Shown here: piece by piece, positions 52,031 to 62,219 of the stretch | How the letters are laid out: the number at the start of each line of letters is the position of its first letter | How positions within the stretch are numbered: position 1 is the stretch's first letter | Assembly: GCA_964453605.1 (NCBI GenBank) | Contig: CAYVOI010000001.1 | Coordinates: 310,029 to 374,028, forward strand | Origin: an uncultured Gammaproteobacteria bacterium | Lineage (GTDB): Bacteria > Patescibacteriota > Patescibacteriia > Veblenbacterales > UBA10138 | DNA: 64,000 nt | Direction of reading: 5' to 3' | Notes under the pieces: generated by a model | The model's database searches: none | What the model was told of the DNA's origin: nothing | Seen by the model: only the letters and a program-made list of their open reading frames with translations | Position numbers and translations under genes: made by a program

Positions 52031-53794
52031 TTAGCTCTGGCGAGTGGTAATTTCCTGCTCGAGCTTTTCCAAGAATGCTTTTTTGTTTAGCGCAAGCAAA
52101 TCTTTCTGCCCGCGCTGGCGCACGGCGAGCTGGCCAGAAGCAATTTCTTTATCGCCGATAACTAGGGCGTAGGGTATTTTCTCTTTTTCAGCTTGGCGGA
52201 TTTTCTTGCCAATGGTTTCGTTAGCATCGTCCACCTCCACGCGGACCATCTGGTCTCTAAGCTCTCCAGCAAACTTGTGGCAGAAGTCGCGATGTGCCTC
52301 GCCAACTGGTAGGAGCTTTACCTGCACAGGCGCCAGCCAGGTGGGGAAGTTGCCTGCGTAGTGCTCAATCAAGAAGCCAATAAACCGTTCATGGGTACCC
52401 AAAGGGGCCCGGTGGATAATGAGTGGGGTTTTGGCAGCACCGCCCTTGTCTACATACGTTAGGCCGAAGCGTTTGGGCTGAGCAAAGTCCACCTGGTTGG
52501 TAGCGAGCGTGAACTCGCGGCCAATTGAGCTCCATACCTGTACGTCGATTTTGGGACCATAGAAGGCAGCCTCGTTCGGCACCTCCACAAAGTTAATGCC
52601 GCTCTCTTGCATTACTTTGCGCACCATGTCCTCGGTCTGCTTCCAGAGCGCCGGTTCATCCACGTACTTTTTACCGAGCTCTTTAGGGTCATGAGTTGAA
52701 AAGCGCATGACGTACTTGGCTATGCCAAAGAGCTTAAAGTATTTTAGATATATTTCATTGACCGCCAGAAATTCGTTGGCAAATTGTTCAGGGGTTAAGT
52801 AGAGGTGGGCGTCGTTCATAGAGAGCTGTCGCGTGCGCATGAGGCCAAACAGCTCGCCCGATTTTTCGTAGCGGTAGCACGTGCCGTACTCGGCGAGCCT
52901 TAAGGGCAGGTCGCGGTAGCTCCTAGGCTCGGCGGCGTAAATTTGGTGGTGGTGAGGGCAGTTCATAGCCTTGAGGTAGTAGGTGGTTTTGGTGCCCTCT
53001 TCGTCCATCACCATAGGCGGGAACATGCTCTCGGCGTAGTAGGGGAGGTGGCCCGAGGTTTTGTACATGCTCTCTTTGGCAATGTGCGGTGTGCGCACGT
53101 GAAGGTAGCCGACCTTGAACTCGGTTTCCTGAGCTAGCTTTTCAAGCTCGTCGGCAATTACCGTGCCATTTGGTAACCACAGGGGCAGCCCTGGGCCCAC
53201 GTAGTCGGAAAAGGTGAAGAGCTTGAGCTCTTTCCCAAGTTTGCGGTGGTCGCGCTTTAGGCCCTCCTCGCGCTGGGTTAGGTACTCGTCGAGCTCTTTC
53301 TTACTATCAAACGCCAGACCATAGATGCGCGTTAACATTTTATTCTTCTCGTCGCCACGCCAGTAGGCGCCGGCGAGCCGGTCGAGTTTCCACGAGTTGC
53401 CCTGCGCATCACCCATGCTCTCAACGTGGCCGCCGCGACACAGGTCAGTAAACTCGCCCGAGGTGTAGCAGGTGAGCTGTTCGCCGTCTTTAGAAAATTC
53501 CTCAATCAGTTCGAGCTTGTAGGGGTTGGCCTTGAAGGTTTTTTTAAGCTCGGCAGCTGAGTGCTCGCTCCGGGCGAAGCCTTTCCAGGAGGGGGCGAGT
53601 TCGCGCATTTTTGACTCGATAGCAGCTAGGGCACTTTCGGTGATTTTCTCCTTACCGAAATCAAAGTCGTAGTAAAAGCCATCATCAACCGCTGGGCCGA
53701 TGGTGCGTAGGGCTTTGGGGTAAAGTTCGGCCACAGCAGCCGCCAGCAGGTGTGCTAGCGAGTGGCGTTTTGCTTCGATAGAGGATTGCGACAT
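52031..53794 (-). CDS. thrS: Threonyl-tRNA synthetase (lacks the N-terminal TGS/editing extension)
   Basis: Class II motifs (FRLAEYGTCYRYE, HRAPLGTHERFIGFLIEHYAGNFP) and the anticodon-binding domain. Confidence 0.9.
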   Translation of the reverse strand: MSQSSIEAKRHSLAHLLAAAVAELYPKALRTIGPAVDDGFYYDFDFGKEKITESALAAIESKMRELAPSWKGFARSEHSAAELKKTFKANPYKLELIEEFSKDGEQLTCYTSGEFTDLCRGGHVESMGDAQGNSWKLDRLAGAYWRGDEKNKMLTRIYGLAFDSKKELDEYLTQREEGLKRDHRKLGKELKLFTFSDYVGPGLPLWLPNGTVIADELEKLAQETEFKVGYLHVRTPHIAKESMYKTSGHLPYYAESMFPPMVMDEEGTKTTYYLKAMNCPHHHQIYAAEPRSYRDLPLRLAEYGTCYRYEKSGELFGLMRTRQLSMNDAHLYLTPEQFANEFLAVNEIYLKYFKLFGIAKYVMRFSTHDPKELGKKYVDEPALWKQTEDMVRKVMQESGINFVEVPNEAAFYGPKIDVQVWSSIGREFTLATNQVDFAQPKRFGLTYVDKGGAAKTPLIIHRAPLGTHERFIGFLIEHYAGNFPTWLAPVQVKLLPVGEAHRDFCHKFAGELRDQMVRVEVDDANETIGKKIRQAEKEKIPYALVIGDKEIASGQLAVRQRGQKDLLALNKKAFLEKLEQEITTRQS

Positions 53795-54020
53795 AGTGTT
53801 AGCTTAATTAACAAACAACCCAAACGATACGTGTCGTTTGGGTCCCGTAAAATTTGCTTTAGCTCACCACGGGAGGTTCCACCCATATTCCCCGTGGCCG
53901 TAAGGCTTTACGGGGCACTCTCAAGTTGTCTGTACGCTTAGTTCCGCCTAGACGGGAGCCCCTCGACAAGCTCGGGGCAAGCAGGTGGTAGCTGCCGCAA
54001 TCGCGTACAGGTGTAGCCTA
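53795..54020 (-). promoter_or_regulatory. T-box-like leader upstream of thrS
   Basis: On the - strand, AAUAUGGGUGGAACCUCCCGUGG (reverse complement of 53867..53891) resembles the T-box consensus AAUUAGGGUGGUACCGCGG. It is followed by a terminator hairpin cccaaacgacacgtatcgtttggg plus a U-run, immediately before the start codon. Confidence 0.5.
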
Positions 54021-54140
54021 CCAACGCTTGACAAGTTTGTCAATCTGGCGTACAGTGAATGGTTACTGTTGTTGAGTAGGTACATTACTAACCCCGAATA
54101 ACGGGGAAAATCATACACACATAAAAGGAAAGGAACACCC

Positions 54141-54821
54141 ATGTCTAAACATGGCACACCCTTGACTACCCAGTTCGTGAAGCTGCTGAATGCGGTTACG
54201 ACCGCGGTAGCAACGGCCGTGGAGGGTTTCTCCATTGCCGACCTCTTAAACGTCGTCACCCAAAAGGGTGAAACGTTGACCCGGTTTCTTCGCCTCGTGT
54301 TCACCGGCCTCCTAAACGACCAGGAAATCATGCTCGTGGAAACACAAGCAGCCGTGCAGCGCTTGCTCGAACCAATCAGTGTCACTACAGTCAATGCCGT
54401 CAAGGAGTTCATTGCCAAAAACTGTTTTCAGGTCGGCAACTCCACTGGTGTGACCGTCGCTTCCGTTAGGGATAATTTCAAGCAGCACTTCCTAAATAAG
54501 GTCGAGCGTGACGTTGCCAGCGCTACCTTGAAATCGTTTAGGCTGAAAAAAGCTTCGCTCGATCCGCCCATTATTACTGAGCTCGGAAGCGGGCACGAAA
54601 CAGCCCTGGCCCACCTCTGGGAGCTGCTTACCAAGCAGCCGAATGGCGAAGTTGGACCCTTACGCACGAGTTGGTGGATAAACATTTTCTATATTCGGGA
54701 TACGGAAGGCACTCTCTGGGCCGTGGGGGTCGACTGGCACGACGGTGGTTGGAACGTGAATGCGTTCTCGGTTGAGCACCCGTTCAGGTGGCACCCTGTC
54801 TGCCAGATGTTCGGTCGCTGA
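54141..54821 (+). CDS. Hypothetical protein (226 aa)
   Basis: ORF with RBS aaaggaaagga. Divergent from thrS. Confidence 0.4.
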   Translation: MSKHGTPLTTQFVKLLNAVTTAVATAVEGFSIADLLNVVTQKGETLTRFLRLVFTGLLNDQEIMLVETQAAVQRLLEPISVTTVNAVKEFIAKNCFQVGNSTGVTVASVRDNFKQHFLNKVERDVASATLKSFRLKKASLDPPIITELGSGHETALAHLWELLTKQPNGEVGPLRTSWWINIFYIRDTEGTLWAVGVDWHDGGWNVNAFSVEHPFRWHPVCQMFGR

Positions 54822-55026
54822 TTCTTTGGCCCTTGCTTAAAAAATTGTACCTTTGAACTTTAGACCCTTTGAACTTTCACACCATGTGGAACGAAGAAGG
54901 GTCTTTTTATTTTCAAACGCCGACAGAGGAATCTGCCAGCGTTGTTTTATAGCTAAATAACTTTAGGAACCTTTCGCGCGAAAGGTTCCTAAGCAATTAT
55001 AGAACATGTGCCGCGCTGCCCGCGCC

Positions 55027-56184
55027 TTACTGCTTCAGGACTATGGTGATGTGGCTCTCGATGGTGGGCACGGTCTTGACCCAGAACGGGGACAGCACAA
55101 CGGTGGCGTTCACTACCCCCGGCACGTTACTGAAGTAGTTCTTAACTTCGGCCGGCGTGCGGCCTACGAGGGCAGCTTTGCTAAACGCTAGGTCGGGGTC
55201 GGTAATAGTTTCCTGGGTTAACAGCTTCACCTTAAGACTGGCCGTTGTAAGGTCTTGGCTTACGCTGTCGAGTGAAGTAGCAATGCTTTGGTCCTCTAGG
55301 CTAACAATTTTGTGGCCGGTTGAGGTGTCCCCCTGCAGGGTAGCGAGCAGTGCCGCGTGCAGCGTAGCGGGGTCGTAGAACACCGCGGTAACTTTGGCTT
55401 TGAGGGTGTAGGCAAAGTTGGGTTGCGCGGTACCAGCCGGCACCGACGGGCTGCCCTGGGCAGTGTCGCTCTGGTAGACTACTGACCAGGCGCGCTTGGC
55501 CGGTGGTAGCTGCTCCCTGAGCTTGGCTAGAGCTTGCGGTATGAGGAGGTCAGCCAGAGCTTTGCGGGCTTGTTCGAAGTCAAGCGAGGTTACCTTGTTG
55601 CCCGGCTTCTCGGCTCGCCGCATAGGCTCGCTTGATTCAGCGTAGATTTTGTCCTGTAGGTTGGGGCGAAGCCCCGGGAAGGTGAACTTGGTTGGGCCAA
55701 TTTCGCTGCCATCACCTGGCTTGTCGGCTACTACGGGGATGTTCGCGACCTTGCCGCGTGCTGGCACATTCACTGTTTCCTTCAGACGAAACAGTGCGTT
55801 CTGCGGACTAAGGAGCCTGGTGGTAGCGATTAACGTTTGGCCAGCACCCGTAGTGTTGGTGATGGTGACCACGCCCGAGGCCTTGTCCTCTTTCTCGCCT
55901 GAGGCCGAAGCCGTGAACGTTTTAGTTTGCTCAACCTCGGTTTGGGTAATAGCGCCCGCGACCGCACCACCTTCACCCGAGCCGGTTACCCCTACGGTAG
56001 TTTCCCGGACGGCTTGCGAGGTACCGGTTTCTAAGGTGATGGTAGCTTGCGCCAGGCTGTAGTAGAGCACCAGGCTGACAATGGCAACTACAGCCACCAA
56101 GAAGCTTATGACAATGCGCTTGTACTGGTAGCGCTCAGGTTCTGGCCGCGCGGTACCAGCGGCGGAGTGAGTGCGACGAGGCAT
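55027..56184 (-). CDS. Membrane-anchored extracytoplasmic hypothetical protein (385 aa)
   Basis: Basic cytoplasmic N-terminus, one TM helix, large Thr/Ser/Ala-rich ectodomain. Confidence 0.4.
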   Translation of the reverse strand: MPRRTHSAAGTARPEPERYQYKRIVISFLVAVVAIVSLVLYYSLAQATITLETGTSQAVRETTVGVTGSGEGGAVAGAITQTEVEQTKTFTASASGEKEDKASGVVTITNTTGAGQTLIATTRLLSPQNALFRLKETVNVPARGKVANIPVVADKPGDGSEIGPTKFTFPGLRPNLQDKIYAESSEPMRRAEKPGNKVTSLDFEQARKALADLLIPQALAKLREQLPPAKRAWSVVYQSDTAQGSPSVPAGTAQPNFAYTLKAKVTAVFYDPATLHAALLATLQGDTSTGHKIVSLEDQSIATSLDSVSQDLTTASLKVKLLTQETITDPDLAFSKAALVGRTPAEVKNYFSNVPGVVNATVVLSPFWVKTVPTIESHITIVLKQ

Positions 56185-56247
56185 ATATAGAGGATAGAGG
56201 GTTACGAGATAGGTTTATGTTGCCTCTACTATACCAGAAGTGGGAAC

Positions 56248-59200
56248 TCAGGTCGAGTACTGGACCTGGCCCCTTGGGCCTATGATGCTCCGACAGGCAG
56301 CTTCGAAGTCGGGGGTACAGTTGACCCGGTACGGGGTGGTGATACGTTTTGGGGTCGAACCTTCGGTAACCATGAGCCGTACCGCGGCGTCACCGGGTGA
56401 GCGTTCGAGCAGCGCCTTGAGCGCGGCCATGGTTTGGGCAGTGGTGTGGGGTGGCAGCGTTATGGTGACCTCGCGCTTACTCGAACTCGTTGGCGGCTGG
56501 CCGCGTTCTCCGGCCGGTAGTTTGCCGGTGGCCCAGGCGGCTACCACCTGAGCGGCGGTAGCCGCGGCGGACAGCCGGACAACGCTTTGAGCAATGAGCT
56601 TGCGCTCGCCGTTTTTTTCTGATAGCCGCCCGCGCAGGGCTACCAGCGCGTCGGGCACAAGTTCCCCGCGGAACTGCCGGAAGGTTTCAGGAAACACCAC
56701 CACCTCAGTGCTGCCACCAACATCTTCCAGGGTGACAAAGGCCATGGGCTCCCCCTTCTTAGTCGTAATTGGTTTAACGTTGGTAACAAGCCCCGCGCTG
56801 GTGACCAAGGGTTCGCCAGCGAGCTGGCCCAGGTCCTTGAGCGGCACCACCGCGCCTTGGAGGGTGGTGGCGTAGTCAGCGAAGGGGTGCTCGGTAACGT
56901 AGAGCCCTAAGAGCTCGCGCTCCCAGGCCAGGCGCTCGGTTTTACTAGCTGGTGCGGTAGGGGGTAGCCTAAGCTGGCTTAAGGCGGTGGCCTCGCTACC
57001 AAATAGGCTGGACTGCTGGGCGGCTTTAGCTTGGGCGGCGCTGCGGGCAAAGCCGAGCAGGGTATCCATACCGCCAAGCAGCTGCCCGCGTTCCATACTG
57101 AAACTGTCGAGCGCGCCTGATTTGATGAGGCTCTCTAGCGATTTCTTGTTGAGCTCGCGGCCAGCGGTACGCTGCAGGAAGCTGTCTAGTCCCAGGAACG
57201 GGCCGCTGGTCTTACGCTCCGCGATAATGCTCTCTATAACCTGTTCACCTAAGTTCTTAATAGCGCTGAGGCCGAACCGTATCTTGGTGTCGTCGACTAC
57301 GGTAAAGGTTGCCAGCGATTCGTTAACGTCGGGCGGCAGCACGGTTATACCCATGCGTGAACACTCGCCCACAGCCTGGGCAATAGTGTCGAGGTCGCCA
57401 GCTTCGGCCGTCATGAGCGCGGCCATGAACTCGGTGGGGTAGTTGGCCTTGAGGTAGGCAGTTTGGTAGGCCACAATGCCGTAGGAAGCGGCGTGGGCTT
57501 TGTTGAAGCCGTAGGCGGCAAACGGTTCGATGAGCTCCCACAGCTTGAGGGCTTTGTCTTCCTTCAAGCCACCGTGGGTGATGCACCCAGACACAAACTT
57601 TTCTTTCTGCCGGCCCATTTCTTTAGGGATCTTCTTCCCCATAGCCTTGCGCAGCTTGTCCGCTTCTTCCCAGGTGTAGCCGGCGATGTCAATGGCTATA
57701 AGGAGCACATCGTCTTGGTAGGTAATAATGCCGTAGGAATCTTTGAGAATATCTTTGAGCCTGGGGTCGAGGTAGGCTACACTCTGCGGGTTGTGCTTAC
57801 GCTTGATAAAGTCAGGGATAGAGTTCATGGGCCCAGGCCTAAACAGCGCTACCATAGCCATGATGTCGGTAATGCTTGAGGGTTTGAGCTCTTTGAGGTA
57901 GCGGGTCATGCCGCTGCCGCCGAGCTGGAACATGCCCATGGTTTCACCCTTGGCCATGAGGGCGAAGGTTTTCTGGTCAGTAAGGGGCAGGTTCTCGAGG
58001 TCAACCTCTAGGCCCTTGGTTTTCTTGATAATGTTGACCGTGCTCCCCATGATGGAGAGGTTGCGGATCCCGAGGAAATCCATTTTGACTAAGCCAACAT
58101 CCTCACAGGCCCACATGTCGTACTGGGTTATGACGTGCTTGCCATCTACGTCGTACTGCAGGGGCAGGTAGTTGGTTAGGGCGTCGGGCGCTATCACCAC
58201 ACCCGCAGCGTGCACCGAGGCGTGCCGCGCGCAACCCTCGAGCCGTTCGGCTAAACTAAGGAGCCTCATAACCTGCGGGTCAGCTTGGTACAGCGCTTTG
58301 AGCTCCGGCGTTTCTTTGAGCGCGCGCTCAATAGTCATGTGGAAGCCTTGGCTCCCAAACGGTATGAGCTTCGCCACCTGGTCGCAGAGGCTGTAGGGGA
58401 GTCCTAGGGCACGGCCAACGTCTCGTACCGCAGCCCGGGCCGCCATGGTGCCGAAGGTTACAATTTGCGCTACTTGGTCCACGCCGTACTTGGCCGTGAC
58501 GTAGGCTATTACCTCGTCGCGGCGGTTATCGGCAAAGTCCATATCAATATCAGGTGGGGTGGGCCGGAAGTCGTTGAGGAACCGCTCGAACGGCAGACGG
58601 TAGGTGAGTGGGTTTACCGTAGTGACGCCAATAAGGTAGGAGACCAAGCTACCGGCCGCACTCCCGCGCGTAGTGGCGATGATGCCGTTGGAACGGGCCC
58701 AGTTCACAAAGTCAGCCACTACCAAGAAGTAGCTCGCAAAACCTTTTTTCATAATAATGCCGAGTTCGTACTCAAGGCGCTTCCTCACTTCTTCGCCGAC
58801 CTCTTGGCTGTAGTGTTCTACTAGCCCCTGCTCGGCCTGGAGCCTCAAGTAGGCCTCCGGCGTTTCACCCCGTGGGGTAGGAAAGCGCGGGAAGTGGCGT
58901 TCCGCAAGGGGGAGCTCGGTCGTAAGTTCGTCGGCTAGCTGGCCGGCCCGGTCGATAGCGTCGCCAAAGTCAGGCAGGTCTTGCCGCATGGTGGGCTCGT
59001 TCTTTAACGACGTGTTTACCCCGCGCATGTCGAGCCGTTTTTCGTCGGTTACCTTTTTGCCGGTTTGAATGCAGACTAAAATGTCTTGCACCTCTTGGTC
59101 AGCGGGCTCTAGGTAGTGGCTGTCGTTGGTAGCAACCAGCGGGACCGAGCGCTCGCTAGAGAGGCGCCGGAGGCGCTGGTTGAGTTCAACTTGCTCCGGC

Positions 59201-59742
59201 AGCTCAGGGTGTGCTTGAACTTCCAAAAAGAAGTTACCTTCGCCAAACGTGCGCAGGTAAAAGTCAGTAAGTTCCCCGGCCCCTGCCTGGTCGCCCTGCA
59301 TCAGGGCCTGTGGAATTTCGCCTTTCAGGCAGGCTGACAGTGCCACCAGGCCCTCGTGGTACCGTTCCAGCGCCTCGTGGTCGATTCTCGGTTTGTAGTA
59401 GAACCCCTGCAGGTGGGCGAGCGTGGTAAGCTTCAGGAGGTTCTGGTAGCCGGCGAGGTTCCGCGCCAAGAGCACGAGGTGGGCGGCTGAGTCGTCGAGC
59501 CGCGCCTGCTTGTCCGTAAGCTTCCGTGGGGCCACGTACGCCTCCACCCCCAAAATTGGTTTGAGGCCAGCCGCCACCGCCGCCTTGTAAAACTCCACGG
59601 TGCCGTACATGACGCCGTGGTCGGTGAGCGCTAGGCTGCCGAAGCCCTGTGCTTTAGCAAAACTAACCAGGTCCGGAATTTTCGGTAACCCGTCGAGCAG
59701 GGAGTAGTGCGAGTGGACGTGGAGGTGTGCAAATTTTGACAT
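56248..59742 (-). CDS. dnaE: DNA polymerase III alpha subunit
   Basis: 1164 aa. PHP domain (HLHVHSHYSLLDG), palm, fingers and OB-fold regions. Confidence 0.9.
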   Translation of the reverse strand: MSKFAHLHVHSHYSLLDGLPKIPDLVSFAKAQGFGSLALTDHGVMYGTVEFYKAAVAAGLKPILGVEAYVAPRKLTDKQARLDDSAAHLVLLARNLAGYQNLLKLTTLAHLQGFYYKPRIDHEALERYHEGLVALSACLKGEIPQALMQGDQAGAGELTDFYLRTFGEGNFFLEVQAHPELPEQVELNQRLRRLSSERSVPLVATNDSHYLEPADQEVQDILVCIQTGKKVTDEKRLDMRGVNTSLKNEPTMRQDLPDFGDAIDRAGQLADELTTELPLAERHFPRFPTPRGETPEAYLRLQAEQGLVEHYSQEVGEEVRKRLEYELGIIMKKGFASYFLVVADFVNWARSNGIIATTRGSAAGSLVSYLIGVTTVNPLTYRLPFERFLNDFRPTPPDIDMDFADNRRDEVIAYVTAKYGVDQVAQIVTFGTMAARAAVRDVGRALGLPYSLCDQVAKLIPFGSQGFHMTIERALKETPELKALYQADPQVMRLLSLAERLEGCARHASVHAAGVVIAPDALTNYLPLQYDVDGKHVITQYDMWACEDVGLVKMDFLGIRNLSIMGSTVNIIKKTKGLEVDLENLPLTDQKTFALMAKGETMGMFQLGGSGMTRYLKELKPSSITDIMAMVALFRPGPMNSIPDFIKRKHNPQSVAYLDPRLKDILKDSYGIITYQDDVLLIAIDIAGYTWEEADKLRKAMGKKIPKEMGRQKEKFVSGCITHGGLKEDKALKLWELIEPFAAYGFNKAHAASYGIVAYQTAYLKANYPTEFMAALMTAEAGDLDTIAQAVGECSRMGITVLPPDVNESLATFTVVDDTKIRFGLSAIKNLGEQVIESIIAERKTSGPFLGLDSFLQRTAGRELNKKSLESLIKSGALDSFSMERGQLLGGMDTLLGFARSAAQAKAAQQSSLFGSEATALSQLRLPPTAPASKTERLAWERELLGLYVTEHPFADYATTLQGAVVPLKDLGQLAGEPLVTSAGLVTNVKPITTKKGEPMAFVTLEDVGGSTEVVVFPETFRQFRGELVPDALVALRGRLSEKNGERKLIAQSVVRLSAAATAAQVVAAWATGKLPAGERGQPPTSSSKREVTITLPPHTTAQTMAALKALLERSPGDAAVRLMVTEGSTPKRITTPYRVNCTPDFEAACRSIIGPRGQVQYST

Positions 59743-59877
59743 AGAAGTGGAGGCTTGCCCTACACCATTAGGTAGTAGAGCGTTGCCTGATAGAGTTGGG
59801 CACGGAACACGCTGCCCTGTTTAGGTTAACTCTAGCATGCCCATCCTCGAGATGGAAGTTGTTCCCTGGATTTAAAA

Positions 59878-59899
59878 CAGCCCGCCGAAAGGCGGGCTG
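59878..59899 (-). terminator. Hairpin terminator (U-run on - strand)
   Basis: cagcccgcc-gaaa-ggcgggctg. The - strand continues ttttaaatcc. Confidence 0.55.
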
Positions 59900-59925
59900 T
59901 GAGAAGTCTTCAGTGATAGCTTAAA

Positions 59926-60294
59926 CTACAGTTCCATGCTCTTCTTTTTCCTGGCCCCAGTGCCGCTCGCGCGTTTGGCCATGAAATAGGCAAGGAGTTC
60001 CTTAGCACCAGTTGCTAGTATCGAAAGGTACGAGCTTGAGTGCTCAAGTTTTTCCCGAGCCGCGGCCATAAAACTCTCTACCTTTTGCAGGCTCTCTTCT
60101 ACGCGGCTGAATATGCGGACTAGCCTGCGGACCGTGATAATAACATACACCAGTATCCACCCCAGGAGGAACGCCAGGCCAAAAACTGACAGGGCTAAAG
60201 CCAGGTTCAGAATATCTTTGCTGGTTTCGAGGTACATAGGAGAGGTAGGCCAGTAGCTAGTGGTAGCATAGCACGGCCCCCTAGCCCTTGACAA
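59926..60294 (-). CDS. Small membrane protein (122 aa)
   Basis: One central TM helix. Confidence 0.4.
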   Translation of the reverse strand: MSRARGPCYATTSYWPTSPMYLETSKDILNLALALSVFGLAFLLGWILVYVIITVRRLVRIFSRVEESLQKVESFMAAAREKLEHSSSYLSILATGAKELLAYFMAKRASGTGARKKKSMEL

Positions 60295-60406
60295 AATAGC
60301 CAGCTTGCCCCATAACTAGCTTGTTACTGTATCAGTTACGTACATTACCAATCAACCCGCCAAGTAAGGCGGAAAACACTCACACAATAAAGTAAAGGAG
60401 CTGACC

Positions 60407-60997
60407 ATGTCAGATAATGACACACTCGGCAGATCAGGAGAGGACAACCTCGGCCTGGTCATCGACTTCGCAAATAAGCTACGGACTGGGAACATTTCCC
60501 GTGGAGAAGCCAAACGCTTCCTCCAGAGGCAAAACCCCTGGCCTACCGACATCATTCACGCCGTCCCGTTCGACCCCGTTGCCTTCTTAGGTCAAGGCTG
60601 GTCTATCGAAAAGGAAGAGCAGGACGAGCGCTCCCTGGCCCTCACCGAAGTTGACCTTAGTAAGGTCAAGCTCAAAACCTACCTTCGGAAAGGTGAAGTC
60701 AGCATCACGGGCGAAGAAAAGCTCAACCGCGCAAAAGCAAGCGGTGACATCCGCCTTGATGCCAGGTTCCTTATGGCTCTTTGGAATAACAAAAAGCTTA
60801 TCCCCGAAAGCTGGAAGGAGAAAACGAACGGTAATACTACGTACATCTACTTCGACGGCACTGTTCTGGGCAGCCCGGGCGGTTACCCCCGCGTCCTTGG
60901 CCTGTGCTGGCGCGATGGCGAGTGGATCTGGGACTACGGCTGGCTTGAGCGCGGCTGGAGCTCCCGCAGGCCCTCCGCTGTTCTCGCCGCCGCATAA
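60407..60997 (+). CDS. Hypothetical protein (196 aa)
   Basis: RBS aaaggag upstream. No recognised motif. Confidence 0.4.
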   Translation: MSDNDTLGRSGEDNLGLVIDFANKLRTGNISRGEAKRFLQRQNPWPTDIIHAVPFDPVAFLGQGWSIEKEEQDERSLALTEVDLSKVKLKTYLRKGEVSITGEEKLNRAKASGDIRLDARFLMALWNNKKLIPESWKEKTNGNTTYIYFDGTVLGSPGGYPRVLGLCWRDGEWIWDYGWLERGWSSRRPSAVLAAA

Positions 60998-61246
60998 TGC
61001 GGGGCAGGCAAGTTAGTTCTTTGAACTTTGGTCTTTGGTTTTTTGCCTTAGACACTAAGTCCTCAGAGCTTTCGTAGTTTTACACCCGTGTCCACAGTAG
61101 TGGGCATGGGTGTTCTTTTGCTACACTAAAATGTAGTAATAGCTGAATATGTCTCGACGTACTACCAGAGCTGCCTATGGCTCGATGGCGATGCTGGGTT
61201 ATGTGCTGAGGCGTTGAGCTGTGCTACACTACCACCAGGTAAAGCT

Positions 61247-62080
61247 ATGCCCGAGCTCTCGGACCAACAACTTAAATTTGGCTACTGGTACTTCCTGCAC
61301 CGTGCCACCCTACGGCGAGCACTGATTGGTTTGTTCGTGGTAGCTATCGCGGCTCTGTGGGGGTATGCTGGTTGGCAGCTCGTGGATTGGCTAGCAGGTA
61401 AGCGCGCTGATGATGAGTTGGTGCAGCAGCTAACCTCGACCACGGTGAATAGCCAAGACTACCTCAAGCGCCACCAACCCCTACCCCTGGAGGTTGGCAC
61501 TGCCACCGCCGTGCCGAGCGGTAACGGCCGGTACGATCTGCTAGCTGAGGTTAGGAACCCCAACCCCACCTGGGGGCTGAAAGCCTTGAGCTATACCCTT
61601 ACCGCCGATGGCCAGGTGTTTAGCGGCTCTGGGTTCCTGCTGCCGCTCGAGGATAGCTACCTCGTGAGCTTAGGTGCTAAGCTGGCGGCGCAGCCTGCCC
61701 AGGTGAGTTTTGCCGCCGCTGGCCTGGCGTGGCAGCGCGTCAGGAACGTGACTGATTTTACGGTACCAACGTTTACGGTGGCGAACCAAAAACTGGAGCA
61801 GCTCTCACCGCTGACGCCCGGGGGCAGTCCGGTGGCCCGCCTGCGCTTTGACCTCACCAACGACAGCGCGCTGAGCTTCTGGCGTATGAACGTGGTGGTG
61901 GTGCTCATGAACGGTAACGTGCCTCAGGCGGTGGGACAGCAGCAGCTTACCAACATCGAGAGTGCGCGCACGTACCCGGTTGAGTTTTCCTGGCCGCGAG
62001 GGCTCCCGCCGGTGGACCACGTGGTGGTGAAGCCAGAGGTAAACGTGTTTGACCCTGAGGTGCTGAAGCCGGTGCAGTAA
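61247..62080 (+). CDS. Membrane-anchored hypothetical protein
   Basis: ATG 61247 (MPELSDQQ...). One TM helix, then a beta-rich ectodomain. Confidence 0.4.
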   Translation: MPELSDQQLKFGYWYFLHRATLRRALIGLFVVAIAALWGYAGWQLVDWLAGKRADDELVQQLTSTTVNSQDYLKRHQPLPLEVGTATAVPSGNGRYDLLAEVRNPNPTWGLKALSYTLTADGQVFSGSGFLLPLEDSYLVSLGAKLAAQPAQVSFAAAGLAWQRVRNVTDFTVPTFTVANQKLEQLSPLTPGGSPVARLRFDLTNDSALSFWRMNVVVVLMNGNVPQAVGQQQLTNIESARTYPVEFSWPRGLPPVDHVVVKPEVNVFDPEVLKPVQ

Positions 62081-62219
62081 GTTTATGCCCGAGCTAACAA
62101 CTTCGCTAGCGCTCGCTTCAACCACCACAACCCTATGCTTCGTACACAGACTTTATTGACTAACCATTCGCTTACTCCTACTCGCGCTCGGGTGGTTGAG
62201 CGAAGTTGGCAGCTCGGGC

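Noticed and set aside
53948-54418. ORF 53948..54418 (-), 156 aa
   Set aside because: It lies across the thrS T-box leader and the divergent promoter region and overlaps the 54141 + gene. It is a non-coding regulatory region.
56240-59337. + strand ORFs inside dnaE (56240..56551, 56594..56875, 56987..57442, 57463..57879, 57908..58171, 58172..58396, 58465..58824, 59116..59337)
   Set aside because: All are antisense to the 1164-aa DnaE, whose PHP, palm and fingers motifs are unambiguous.
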